Assembly (NCBI GenBank): GCA_031409335.1
Contig: JANNWY010000014.1
Coordinates: 1-52,288 of the forward strand
Source: Chthoniobacteraceae bacterium
GTDB taxonomy: Bacteria; Verrucomicrobiota; Verrucomicrobiia; Chthoniobacterales; Chthoniobacteraceae
DNA length: 52,288 nt
Direction of reading: 5' to 3'
Below, piece by piece: positions 36,552 to 46,398 of this stretch. The notes beneath the pieces were generated by a model, which saw only the letters and a list, made by a program, of their open reading frames with translations, was not told where the DNA came from and ran no database searches. The position numbers and the translations under genes were made by a program. Every line of letters starts with the position of its first letter. Positions within the stretch are counted from its first letter, which is position 1.

Positions 36552-38558
36552 TCAAACCGTTCCGCCCGACTTAATCCAAGCGGCCGGGATAAGATATTCG
36601 TCGTGATTCTCACGCCAGTTTCCGACCAAATGCACATTCGGGATTCCGTGCCATGTGATTGATCCAGCGTGTTCGGTGACGATGATCTGAAATTGGTTTC
36701 CAACTGCTTCGAGAAAATGAGCGAGCGCTCGGAAAATTCTCCGAACGCCTTCAATGTCGGCTGAGCTATCGCCCTTTGACGTAGCCGTTGAAGCTTGATC
36801 CATAGTTGGCCAAGCCTCTGGGAAATAGACCTGGCTTGGCTGATCCACCAAAAGAAAACGGGGGACTGGATTGTGATTCAAACGGATGAAATGCTCATGA
36901 AGTGCCAACAAGCCAGCGATGTGATAACCGACCCAGTTCTGGCCACTGCCTACCTCCCAGAGAAAATCGGTTCGACCGGACAGCGGACTGAATTGAAGGG
37001 TAAGTTCCCGAATGTTGAGCCGGACATTTTCTGTCGCGTGCTCAAGGGTTAGCAAACGGGCGTACTCCGCCACTTTCGCTGAAACTGTATCAATAGCAGC
37101 GTTCAGCCGATCCCGTTGCGCGCTTGGATCAAGGTCTCGCTTTAAGACAGCGATCCTTTCCGCGAGGACTCTTACTTTCTCCCGCAGTTCGTCCACGTTG
37201 CGACTGACGGCAACATTCTCCAATGCCTGTTCTACGCGACCAACGAAAAGGTAAATCTGGCGGACACGCTGACGCTGGGCCGCTTGCGCGGAAGAACGGT
37301 TCTCCAAGTATTTCCGTTTCTGCCGCACTTTGGTGATCTCGGTCTCAAGCGAGCGAAGTTCCTGCCGCAACGCCGCCACTTCCTGGTCCAGCTTGGCGGG
37401 CGCTTCATGGACTGTTGCGGTAAGTGTTCTCAATTCAGTCGCGAGGGTTTTCAGTTCGGCCAGACGAGAATTGCCGTCGGTGTGAACCGCAGCGCAAACG
37501 GGACATTCGTGTGGGTTGCGTAGCTTCTGCTCAAACCAGCCGACACCTTGGAGGCGGTCTTCCTGCGCCGTCAGCGTCGCACCGTAGTCCCCGACAGACG
37601 ACGACAACTGGTCGAGCTTGCCCAAGCGTCGGCTAACCGAGCCTATTTGCTGTCCCAACTCATCCTCCTCGTTGATGAGGCGGGTAAGCTCTGCAACAGC
37701 CGCCTCGCCTGTTCCTTCCTGAACGTCGGGAAGGTCCATCGTCCGCACAGTCTCGGGAACTTTCTGTAGTTCCAGCATGTATTTATCGAGCGACCATCCT
37801 TGTTGCGGAGCCGGAGAGTCCGGGAGAAGTCCGAGCGTTCGCGCCTGTAAGTAGTAGCTTTCCACCTCGGCTTCCCATGCACGCGCTGCCGCGAGCCGAG
37901 CGTCAAGCTCCCGTCGCAGGCGATCATGTTCTCGCTCCGTATCTTTAAGTTCGCGCTGCTTGGCTAAAGTGCCGGCGTCGATGGCCCCAAGCACAAGCGG
38001 GAAGATGATTCGCAACTTTTCGCGATGCTCTGACGTGTCTGCTTTGAAAAAGAACGTGTAGGGATTGGCAACGATATGCTGTGGCTGAAAATTGAACGCT
38101 GCCATATCTCGACAGCTTGGCCGACCGCCGAAACCGACGTTGTCGTCGGTGGAAAAATCGAGGGCAGGTAGATGGGTGATTTGGTTGAGGCGGTTTTTAA
38201 GGTCTTCGACGCGGGCATTCTTTCTCACCACTGGCGGGACGTTCAGTTCCAATCCCTCGTCCCAATAGAGATCAGTAGTCGTCTGTTGATCTTCGGGATT
38301 TCGGCGAGCCACGATCATCTCAGTATTGGCCAGTTGGAGATGGAGGCCGAACCAACCAGTGACTTCACGGATCAATCCTACCGGAATCGAACATTTGTCG
38401 CTTCCGAGGCAATAATCGACGATCCAAGTCAAAGTTGATTTTCCCGTCGCGCTCTCGCCGGTAATGACGTTGATCTTGCCGGGAAGGAACTCGATGATGC
38501 GAGGATCGAGCGTCGAGTCTTTCGGCCAGAGGATGACTTTGAGGATCGCCAGTTTCAT
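36552..38558 (-). CDS. lmuB: Lamassu SMC-like ABC ATPase (DUF3732)
   Basis: Walker A GESATGKST; coiled coils around a CPVC zinc hook; signature GSGQNWVGYH; Walker B FLLVDQPSQVYFP; IIVTEHA. Confidence 0.9.
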   Translation of the reverse strand: MKLAILKVILWPKDSTLDPRIIEFLPGKINVITGESATGKSTLTWIVDYCLGSDKCSIPVGLIREVTGWFGLHLQLANTEMIVARRNPEDQQTTTDLYWDEGLELNVPPVVRKNARVEDLKNRLNQITHLPALDFSTDDNVGFGGRPSCRDMAAFNFQPQHIVANPYTFFFKADTSEHREKLRIIFPLVLGAIDAGTLAKQRELKDTEREHDRLRRELDARLAAARAWEAEVESYYLQARTLGLLPDSPAPQQGWSLDKYMLELQKVPETVRTMDLPDVQEGTGEAAVAELTRLINEEDELGQQIGSVSRRLGKLDQLSSSVGDYGATLTAQEDRLQGVGWFEQKLRNPHECPVCAAVHTDGNSRLAELKTLATELRTLTATVHEAPAKLDQEVAALRQELRSLETEITKVRQKRKYLENRSSAQAAQRQRVRQIYLFVGRVEQALENVAVSRNVDELREKVRVLAERIAVLKRDLDPSAQRDRLNAAIDTVSAKVAEYARLLTLEHATENVRLNIRELTLQFSPLSGRTDFLWEVGSGQNWVGYHIAGLLALHEHFIRLNHNPVPRFLLVDQPSQVYFPEAWPTMDQASTATSKGDSSADIEGVRRIFRALAHFLEAVGNQFQIIVTEHAGSITWHGIPNVHLVGNWRENHDEYLIPAAWIKSGGTV

Positions 38559-39047
38559 TTAGAATCGGATATTCAATTGGGTTGAGAGTTGGACAATGCT
38601 CATTTCCCCGAAAGCCTGCCCAACACGCTTCGCTGCGTTCAAGATTAACTTCACCTCGTCCGTGACGTGGGTCACGGGAGCTGTCTTCCTACCGGGAATG
38701 AGTTGGCGCTGATGATCCTGATCGAGCAGAAGCAATTCGGTCTGGAAGCCGATGGATAGTGCCTGAAAGGTGCGACTGGACATCGCTTCCATTCGCTCCT
38801 GGAGACCAACAGTGAGTTCCCGGTCGTCGCCAAGCGCCTTGTAGAGAGCGCCGGGTTGAGTTTTCGAAGCCAACACCGTGGCGGTCCGTTTATGGAACGT
38901 GAGGGGAAGGACGAGGAACGCCAATGGGAACGGCACACCTTCGGAGCGACCCCTGGCCTCGTGCGCCTCATGCACCGCCTGCCAAATCGCCTCCGCTGCG
39001 AGCCCCGTATTCTGAATCACTCGCTGCTCAAAGAGAATGTCAATCAT
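38559..39047 (-). CDS. lmuC: Lamassu / ABC-three-component middle component
   Basis: 162 aa, between effector and ATPase; PLAFLVLPLTFH..T and AAKRVG motifs. Confidence 0.82.
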   Translation of the reverse strand: MIDILFEQRVIQNTGLAAEAIWQAVHEAHEARGRSEGVPFPLAFLVLPLTFHKRTATVLASKTQPGALYKALGDDRELTVGLQERMEAMSSRTFQALSIGFQTELLLLDQDHQRQLIPGRKTAPVTHVTDEVKLILNAAKRVGQAFGEMSIVQLSTQLNIRF

Positions 39048-40231
39048 GGCTGGATCAGTTCGCGCATGAGTTGTTCAAACCGTGGATGCCATCCGATTTT
39101 CAGCAGTTCCGCCAGACGATGATAGGTTCCGGAAGTGAGATAGACCTGCTCCGTATCGCTGCCAGCAAGTTTCTCGCAGTGTGCTTCAGTAGTGTCGGTG
39201 AAAACCTCAAAACCAACGTCTTTCTCCGGCGCGCCGTGCCGCATTCGAGTGATGCGTGCGCGGATTTTATCCCAACGCGATAGCAATGTTGATTCAAACG
39301 ACAACCAGTCGTCGTCAGTGATGTTCCCTTCCGCTGACAGGCGAGCTTTCTCGATGTTGCAGCGGACAAATTCGCGGATCGAGGTATCCACGACACTGTC
39401 GTCATCGGTGATCAGATGAAGCTGCTTCACAAACAGGCTTTCCCTCTCTTCACCGATTCTGTCCTCGCCTACGGGAATGAGATGCTCGGCTCGTTCTCGG
39501 CTGATCCGTCTCTTCCGAAGATCAATAATCGCGTGAAGCTGGTTCACGAAATGATCGCGTCCAATCCAAGCCGGTTGTTTTTGTTGCCAGCTCGCCAAAG
39601 CAGTCCGGTGCATCCAGCCCAAAAGCTCGTCCGCGATGGAACCTGCATTACACGCACACCATACCGGCAACTGGAGATGTCCGATCGTTTTTGTTCGGAG
39701 CTCGTCCCCCGCTGTATCCGCCGAGGCATCCGCCAATCGGCAACGGTCGATCAACTTCCGCAAATTGGGGCGTGATGCAGGGTGCATAACGCGCTCGACA
39801 AGCGCCTTAATGCCGCCCGGAGGGGAGAGCGCCGCCAATTCGAGCGCGGTGACGCATGCCTCAATTTCCTCCTCCGAATTCGCCCGCCCAATCTTTTGGG
39901 CAATGCACTCGGGCAACGCTTTGTTCGTCACCATCATGAACAGCGTCTTCCCTGCAACGACTTCGCCAGCGTCCAACGCTTCGATCCAGATTTTTAGCGT
40001 ATTCCACAAATCTTTGGAGCGATTTCCGAAAGGCTCGGCGTCCTTTTGAATGGAGTGTTTGTCCTGCTCTAAAATCTGCGTCGCGTCACCTCCGCGGACG
40101 GCGACATCATCATCTGTTTCGACGCCGACTAGGCTGCCTGCCGAACTTTTGGCGAGGTAATACAACGCGCGTTCGAACTGAAAGCTGAAGCCCGCATTAC
40201 TCCCCGGCGCTGAATGGTCGGAAAGGCTCAT
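39044..40231 (-). CDS. lmuA: Lamassu effector: Cap4-like PD-(D/E)xK endonuclease + ABC-3C C-terminal domain
   Basis: GFSFQFERAL, VETDDDV, EQDKH, DLWNTLKIW; C-terminal GTYHRLA..IGWHP. Confidence 0.85.
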   Translation of the reverse strand: MSLSDHSAPGSNAGFSFQFERALYYLAKSSAGSLVGVETDDDVAVRGGDATQILEQDKHSIQKDAEPFGNRSKDLWNTLKIWIEALDAGEVVAGKTLFMMVTNKALPECIAQKIGRANSEEEIEACVTALELAALSPPGGIKALVERVMHPASRPNLRKLIDRCRLADASADTAGDELRTKTIGHLQLPVWCACNAGSIADELLGWMHRTALASWQQKQPAWIGRDHFVNQLHAIIDLRKRRISRERAEHLIPVGEDRIGEERESLFVKQLHLITDDDSVVDTSIREFVRCNIEKARLSAEGNITDDDWLSFESTLLSRWDKIRARITRMRHGAPEKDVGFEVFTDTTEAHCEKLAGSDTEQVYLTSGTYHRLAELLKIGWHPRFEQLMRELIQP

Positions 40232-40441
40232 CCGGGATTCGGCAGATTCCGCCGTGGCGGTGTGGCGACGCTTTCGACCGTCACGGTGAGTCGATCGAGC
40301 GTCGTAGCGGACTCCCGATGTGCGGCAGCCTTGCGATGGAATGGATTTAGCGAGAGAACTGCCATCGCCCTTGAGTTTAGAGAATCGTTCGCGAAAGCGC
40401 CAGCCTCGTGAGGCGATTGTCGCAAGACTTCGGCGGTTCTG

Positions 40442-40894
40442 TTAGCCGCTCACACTCAAGCCTTCTGCCAGAGCCACGCCGCGCTGGTTTTCATCGAAGC
40501 TCAACAGCTCTGTCGCGCCAAGTTGAAGCGCGAAGGCGAGGTGCAGAATATCCATCGCTCGCGCTCCATGTCGCGGCGTGTGGTCAAGCGCCAGCTTCTC
40601 CGCGCGGGTGACGACGCCTTCCCACTCCGACGAAACGACGGCCCACACGCTCTGCTCGACATCCAATTCAAAAGCCGCCAGCGCCGACTGCGCGACGGAT
40701 TCGCTCAAGCCGAGCGGCTGGCCTTGCGCGTGCAATTAGACCTTGAACCACACGGCGTGCTGAAACTCGTAGCGCACGAGCGAGGAAATCAGCGGCGCGT
40801 CCTGCAAGGATTCCATCTTCGCCACCGCCTGCTCGGAAACCGCGCGCGGGAAGTAGAAGGCGAAAAGGAAGCTCGTGTCCGCAAAGGCGCTCAC
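40442..40894 (-). pseudogene. vapC: VapC-like PIN toxin interrupted by in-frame TAA (40738-40736)
   Basis: GTG 40894 overlaps the antitoxin stop. Reads MSAFADTSFLF...VRYEF..WFKV*LHAQ...RAMDILH...LLSFDENQ; all four PIN acidic positions are present across the stop. Confidence 0.85.
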
Positions 40895-41163
40895 ACCGTC
40901 CGCTCGCGCCGAAGGTCCGCGAATTCCTCAGTCACGGAAACCTGACTGGCAAAGGCATCCGGCCCCCACATCTTCAAAAACCGGGCGCGGAAGTCGATGG
41001 GCGGCCACTTCGATGTCCCGCTGGGTTCCACGGTCGCCTTGCGCGGCACCCATTCAGCCACTTCGCGCCCGTCGCGCACGACCGCAACCGATTCACCCGA
41101 AGCCAGGTAGGGGTCGAGCTTATGCGGGTCGGCGTAGATGTCTTCGAGCGCGAGTGTTTTCAC
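40891..41163 (-). CDS. Phd/YefM-like antitoxin
   Basis: Likely GTG start at 41163: MKTLALEDIY...GESVAVVRDGREVAEWVP; directly upstream of the PIN gene. Confidence 0.75.
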   Translation of the reverse strand: MKTLALEDIYADPHKLDPYLASGESVAVVRDGREVAEWVPRKATVEPSGTSKWPPIDFRARFLKMWGPDAFASQVSVTEEFADLRRERTV

Positions 41164-41171
41164 GATGCGCT

Positions 41172-41197
41172 GACGATGCCAGAGTTTCGGCAGCGTC
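41172..41197. promoter_or_regulatory. Putative TA operator (imperfect palindrome) in the likely promoter
   Basis: GACGATGCC-agagtttc-GGCAGCGTC just upstream of the antitoxin start; on the - strand TTGCGA-17 nt-CATCGT is a weak promoter match. Confidence 0.4.
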
Positions 41198-41234
41198 GCA
41201 ACCGTCCCGATGGGAGTGCGCGGTGTCTTGAGGT

Positions 41235-44200
41235 TCATACTTTCATCGCTGGGGCCATATTCTTTTTCGCACGAAGGCTCTGCGTCGGCCTTTCTTCGGT
41301 GTCTTCGGTCGATTGCTCCGCACCTTCGTCGAGTTTGGCGGATGCTTGGTTCTTCGTAATGTCGAGCGCGGTGACGATTTCCTGCTGGCGTTTGCTCGCT
41401 GTCGTGAGCTTTTCCTCATGCTCGAAGGGATGGTCGAGTTGCTTGGTGAGGTCTTCGCTTTGCTTGCGATACTGCTGAAGATCCGTTTCCCGTTCGCGCA
41501 GTCGATCCGACATGCCTTCCAGTGCGTGCTCGACGGATGCGATGGTGCCCGCTGGGCTGTCGCTCACGTTGGCTTTGTATTCGCTCTTCCCGTGGATGAT
41601 AAGCGCCGCGCGCTCATCGAATTTGCTGAGCGTGATGGGGAAACCGCCGATGGTGCCGATGGTTTTCGTCGCTTGAAACGGCTTCAAGGCTGCCGCCATG
41701 AAGACGAGTGCGCGGCCCGCCTTCACGCGATCGGTGAAGGCTTCCTTTTGCACCGTCATCGAAAAGCTGTCCCCGCGCGTGCTCGTGCGGATGCGCAAAT
41801 CTTCGCGGACGTTCGCGATGTCGCGCTCGCACGTTTCCACACTGCCGACGAGGCTGCGGATGCGAGAGCGCATTTGGTAGAGGCTTTCCGCGTGCTGCTT
41901 TTTTAAGCGCGTGAGCCGCATCACTTCGGCATCGACCTGAGCCTTCTCGATGACGAGCGGATTGCCCGACGCGATGGCCTTCACCTCCGCATAAGTCAGC
42001 GCCGCCGAGTCCACGTCCTCGGCGCGGCGCACGGTCGCGTCGCCATTCATCACCTGCGCGATGAAGCGGCATTTCGTTTCGAGCGTCTGCCACATATAGG
42101 CGTCGAAACTGCCTTCGGTGACATAGCGGAAAATCTTCACATACTCGTTTTCATTTCCCTGCCGGAGAATGCGTCCCTCGCGCTGCTCGATGTCAGCGGG
42201 ACGCCACGGCGCATCAAGGTGGTGCAACGCGACGAGGCGCTTTTGGACGTTGGTTCCCTCCCCCATTTTCGCCGTGCTGCCGAGTAACACGCGGACTTTT
42301 CCCTCGCGCACATTTTTGAAAAGCGATGCCTTGCTGGTGTCGTCGTCGAAGTCCTGGATGAAAGCGATTTGGTCGGCGACAACTCCCCGTGCGATGAGCT
42401 TTGCGCGCACGTCGTCATAGACCGAGAATCCTTTGCCTCCGGCCTTCGGCGTCGAGAGGTCGCAGAAGACGAGCTGCGCGCCTTTGGTCTCCGCCGAGTC
42501 GAGCCAGATTTGATGAATCCTCTCGACGGCCTGATTGGTCTTGGAATCCGGGTTGTCGCGCACGCGCGGCAGCACGAGCCGAAGATCGAGCGCAGCTTTG
42601 CGCCCGTCCGTGGTGACGTTCAGCATGTTGTCTTCCCACGGCTCCACGTCGCCGTTCTTGATCGCCTCCACGCGCTTGATGAGGCTTTCGACGTATTTCT
42701 TCAACTCGGGACTCGTCGGCGCGCTGACGGTAAGCGGCCTGCCTTGGTCGAGTTTCGGCACCGGCAATTTCAGCATCTCCGCCGTCTGCACGTCGGCGGT
42801 TTGCCGAAATTGCTGCATGAGTTCCGGCACGTTCACAAAGCGCGCGAAGCGGCTGCGCAACCGATAGCCGCTGCCATCCGGGCTGAGTTCCATTGAAGTC
42901 ACCGTCTCGCCGAACGTGCCCGCCCAAGAATCGAAATGCTGGAGCTGATTGCGCCGCAGTGCGCTCATCTGCAAATACCGCTGCATGGTGAACATCTCGG
43001 CCATCGTATTGGAAATCGGCGTGCCCGTCGCGAAGACCACGCCGCCGCCTTTGTTGCGCGACTGGATGTGCTGCACCTTCAAGAACATATCGAAGGCGCG
43101 CTCCGAAGCCGTCTGCGGCAGACCCGCGACGCGGGTCATCTTCGTGACGTAGAAAAGGTTTTTGAACTTGTGCGCCTCGTCGATGAAAAGCCGGTCGATG
43201 CCGAGTTCTTCAAAGGTCAGCGTGTTGTCCTTCTTATGGTCGGCAGACAGACCTTCGAGCTTGGCCGTGAGCCGCTTTTCGATCCGCTCCAATTCCTTTA
43301 CGAGCCGCGTTCCGCGCTCGCTCCGCTGTTCGCGAATCGCTTGTTTGATTTCGTAAATCTGATCCTCGATGAACCTGCGCCGGGTTTCGATCGCGACAGG
43401 AATCTTCTCGAAACTCGAATGCGTCACGATCACGCCATCCCAATTCCCCGTCGCGATGCGGCTGAAAAGCCGCGCGCGTTTCGCCGCCGCGAAATCTTCC
43501 TTTCCGGCCACGAGAATGTTCGCGGTCGGATAGAGCATCAGTAACTCGGCGGAGAACTGGCCGAGCATGTGATTCGGCACCACGAACATCGGCTTCGTTG
43601 CCAGCCCCAGCCGCTTCAACTCAATGCCCGCCGCGACCATTGTGTAGGTCTTGCCCGCGCCAACGGCGTGCGCGAGCAGCGTGTTGTCGCTCTGCACGAT
43701 CCGCCAAACGCCGTTCTTTTGGTGCGGGCGCAGAATGATTTGCTGGCTGCTCGATGGCAGCGTGAGATGGCTGCCATTGAAGACGCGCAACCGCACGCTG
43801 TTGAAGTCGTCGTTGTATTTGCGGCAGAGCCGTTCGCGCCGCGCATCGGCCTCCCATATCCACGCCCGAAACCGCTCTTTGACCTTCTCCATCTTGTCCC
43901 GCGCGCCTTCGGTCTGCTGCACATTCACGACCGGCGCATCCGTCTTCGCATCGGTATCATAGACCGTCGGCGTTTTGAGATTCAGTGCGTCCTGAATCAG
44001 CTCAATCGCCGAGTAGCGTGTGGTGCCCCATTCCGTCGTATTCGCCACGGTGCCGCGGGCGGCGAAGTCCGCTTTGACAAACCAAGTCCCGACCGCCGCC
44101 GCGTGCGAAACCGTGATGCCTTCCGCACCAAGCAGCGACTTCGCGAACGCCTCGACATCCGCCGGCGGAATCCACACCGCACCAAGCCGCGCTTCGATCT

Positions 44201-46397
44201 CCGATGGTGTTAAATCAACTGGCTGCACCGCCTCCAATGCAGTGATGTTTTCGTGGTAAGCCGGATTGGCTGCGGCTGCGGCCCGCGCGTTCTCCAGCTT
44301 CACGCGCACATCGCCGGAAAGATATTCGTCGTCTGTTTCCCACTGCTCGGTTTGCGGATTCCGATAGATCAGCCCTTTCAACTCCGGCAAAAACTCCTCG
44401 GGCGGTTTGCGCAACAGCATCTCGATGCGCGCCAAATCCACGCGACCCATTTCGTTCAACGTAAGAACCAATGCGTCCTGCGGTGTCTCCGCGAGCAGCG
44501 CGGTCTTTGGCTGATGAATCGTCCGCTCGCGAAAGATCGCCATCTTCACGGCCCGTTTTGTCTCGTCGTTGTAGTCTTCCAACGAGCACAGCAGGGGCGC
44601 GTCTGGGTCGCTGCGAAACGCGCGCCGGTTGGCGTTGTCGTTGACCGCGCCAAAGCGAGAAACGAAATGATCGTATTGGAAATTAAGCTGGCGACGTGCA
44701 TCGAGAACCGCCTCGTCGCTCCAATCCTCAAGTTGCGTGCGGAGCGTGTGCCGCACAGCATCGCGCAGCTTAATCATCCCGCGAATCCGGCGTGCTGTTT
44801 CATCGGGGAGACCTTCCACCGGCGTCAGCGCCGGGCCGTCGCGCACCATGATCGTGCCCTCATGCAGCACGAAGGCATTTTCCTTCACGTAATCCGGCGC
44901 GAGGATTTCCACCCGTGCGGCGGCGCGCGAAGCGTTCGCGTGTTCCAACGCGCGGTAGATACCCTGCGGCAGCGCAGCGACAGCTTCGCGCAACGCATCC
45001 GCTAGTTCGCGGCCATCGGGAATTAGCGCCGGTTCGTTTGCGCGATACATCGAACTCTCGTGCGCCATCGTGCCGAGCATCATGCGTGGGTTTGCCGCGA
45101 AGTATTCATTGATCTGAAAAGCCGTGCCGTCCGCGTTGACGTGCTCGGCAAGATTCAACCACGCCGGGCCGGCCGCTCGCTCCCCTTCCGCGAGTTTGCG
45201 GAAGAAAACGATGTCGGTCGTGACCTCAGTATTCGCGTTCAGCTTGAACGCGGTATTCGGCAGACGGATTGCGCCGATGAAATCGGCCCGCTCGTGCAGG
45301 TAATCGCGAAGGTGGGAGTTCGCCTTGTCGAGTGTCCCTTTCGAGCTGATGAAAACCATCAATCCGCCGTCCCGCACCTTCTGAATGCCCTTCGCAAAGA
45401 AGTAATCGTGGACGAGAAAGTTCTGCTCGTTGAGCTGCGGATCGTGGAGCTTGTAATCGCCAAACGGGACGTTGGAAATCGCGAGGTCGAATGAGTTTTC
45501 CACGAGCGCAGCCGTCTCGAATCCTTGGCCGCGAATGTCGGCGTCGGGATAGAGCCTGCGCGCAATGTTCGCCGTCAGCGGATCGACCTCGATGCCCGTG
45601 ATCCGCGAACGCGCGCTCATTTCCTCCGGCATCAATCCGAAAAAATGCCCGGTGCCGAGCGCCGGTTCCAAAATGCGTCCGTCGGTGAAACCAAGCCGCT
45701 GCACGGCATCGAACATGGCCGTGACGACAACCGGGGCCGTGTAATGTGCGTTCAACGTCGAAGCCCGTGCCGTCTCGTATTCCGATTCCGTGAGCAGGCT
45801 TTTCAGCCGCTCACGTTCCGCATCCCACCCGCTCGACTCATGCCACGCGAAGACCTGCGGAATCCCACCCCATCCCACATACTTAACGAGCACGCGCTTT
45901 TCCTCGTCAGTCGCCGCGCGATTTTCTTCGTCGAGTTCGTGGACAAGTTCGATGACCGCAAAATTGTCGCGACACTTTTGTTTGAGCGAACCATCGCCCA
46001 ACGCATCCTCCGCCCGGATGCGATAGTTGCCGGTATTTAGACGCTCAGGCTCTCTTCCACTGGAAGGAGAATATACTTCTCCCGGATCATCTCCCACGCC
46101 TGGTCGTGCGCCTGCTGCGCCGTCAAGCCCTGCTCCCTCTCCAGCTTCCGCGTGAGCGTTTCCATTTCGTCCAGAGTCATTTCCTGCGCCTCGTAGAGGG
46201 CTTCCGTTAGCGTGCCCTTCGCCGTGAGTTCCTTCACCATTTGCGGACGGAATTCCGTCCAGTGGCGTTTCGCCATGAGGCCGTAGCCGGTTAGTGGGTA
46301 GGTGGTCATCGGATGTGTCCTTTCTGGATGGCAGGAAATCGAACAGACTCAACTGTTGTTCCGGCTGCGCCGTCGAATTTCCGTTGCGCTTTAGCAT
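41235..46397 (-). CDS. N6-adenine methyltransferase + SNF2/SF2 helicase fusion (DarB-like, ICE-associated)
   Basis: YVGWGG, NAHYT, ILEPALGTGHF (motif I), ISNVPF (motif IV); AHAVGAGKT, FIDEAH, ATGTP, QREGRILRQGN. Confidence 0.9.
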   Translation of the reverse strand: MLKRNGNSTAQPEQQLSLFDFLPSRKDTSDDHLPTNRLRPHGETPLDGIPSANGEGTHGEGHANGSPLRGAGNDSGRNGNAHAEAGEGAGLDGAAGARPGVGDDPGEVYSPSSGREPERLNTGNYRIRAEDALGDGSLKQKCRDNFAVIELVHELDEENRAATDEEKRVLVKYVGWGGIPQVFAWHESSGWDAERERLKSLLTESEYETARASTLNAHYTAPVVVTAMFDAVQRLGFTDGRILEPALGTGHFFGLMPEEMSARSRITGIEVDPLTANIARRLYPDADIRGQGFETAALVENSFDLAISNVPFGDYKLHDPQLNEQNFLVHDYFFAKGIQKVRDGGLMVFISSKGTLDKANSHLRDYLHERADFIGAIRLPNTAFKLNANTEVTTDIVFFRKLAEGERAAGPAWLNLAEHVNADGTAFQINEYFAANPRMMLGTMAHESSMYRANEPALIPDGRELADALREAVAALPQGIYRALEHANASRAAARVEILAPDYVKENAFVLHEGTIMVRDGPALTPVEGLPDETARRIRGMIKLRDAVRHTLRTQLEDWSDEAVLDARRQLNFQYDHFVSRFGAVNDNANRRAFRSDPDAPLLCSLEDYNDETKRAVKMAIFRERTIHQPKTALLAETPQDALVLTLNEMGRVDLARIEMLLRKPPEEFLPELKGLIYRNPQTEQWETDDEYLSGDVRVKLENARAAAAANPAYHENITALEAVQPVDLTPSEIEARLGAVWIPPADVEAFAKSLLGAEGITVSHAAAVGTWFVKADFAARGTVANTTEWGTTRYSAIELIQDALNLKTPTVYDTDAKTDAPVVNVQQTEGARDKMEKVKERFRAWIWEADARRERLCRKYNDDFNSVRLRVFNGSHLTLPSSSQQIILRPHQKNGVWRIVQSDNTLLAHAVGAGKTYTMVAAGIELKRLGLATKPMFVVPNHMLGQFSAELLMLYPTANILVAGKEDFAAAKRARLFSRIATGNWDGVIVTHSSFEKIPVAIETRRRFIEDQIYEIKQAIREQRSERGTRLVKELERIEKRLTAKLEGLSADHKKDNTLTFEELGIDRLFIDEAHKFKNLFYVTKMTRVAGLPQTASERAFDMFLKVQHIQSRNKGGGVVFATGTPISNTMAEMFTMQRYLQMSALRRNQLQHFDSWAGTFGETVTSMELSPDGSGYRLRSRFARFVNVPELMQQFRQTADVQTAEMLKLPVPKLDQGRPLTVSAPTSPELKKYVESLIKRVEAIKNGDVEPWEDNMLNVTTDGRKAALDLRLVLPRVRDNPDSKTNQAVERIHQIWLDSAETKGAQLVFCDLSTPKAGGKGFSVYDDVRAKLIARGVVADQIAFIQDFDDDTSKASLFKNVREGKVRVLLGSTAKMGEGTNVQKRLVALHHLDAPWRPADIEQREGRILRQGNENEYVKIFRYVTEGSFDAYMWQTLETKCRFIAQVMNGDATVRRAEDVDSAALTYAEVKAIASGNPLVIEKAQVDAEVMRLTRLKKQHAESLYQMRSRIRSLVGSVETCERDIANVREDLRIRTSTRGDSFSMTVQKEAFTDRVKAGRALVFMAAALKPFQATKTIGTIGGFPITLSKFDERAALIIHGKSEYKANVSDSPAGTIASVEHALEGMSDRLRERETDLQQYRKQSEDLTKQLDHPFEHEEKLTTASKRQQEIVTALDITKNQASAKLDEGAEQSTEDTEERPTQSLRAKKNMAPAMKV
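46037..46309 (-). CDS. TnpV-like small protein overprinted on the helicase N-terminal linker
   Basis: AGAAAGGA SD 8 nt before the ATG. Pattern YGLMAKRHWTEFRPQMVKELTAKGTL...AWEMIREKYI resembles the TnpV/DUF1896 group (from memory). Confidence 0.7.
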   Translation of the reverse strand: MTTYPLTGYGLMAKRHWTEFRPQMVKELTAKGTLTEALYEAQEMTLDEMETLTRKLEREQGLTAQQAHDQAWEMIREKYILLPVEESLSV

Positions 46398-46398
46398 A

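Noticed and set aside
40228..40425. 65-aa ORF abutting lmuA as a fourth Lamassu gene
   Set aside because: TTG start, no SD and no recognisable features; more likely promoter or leader DNA, though not excluded.
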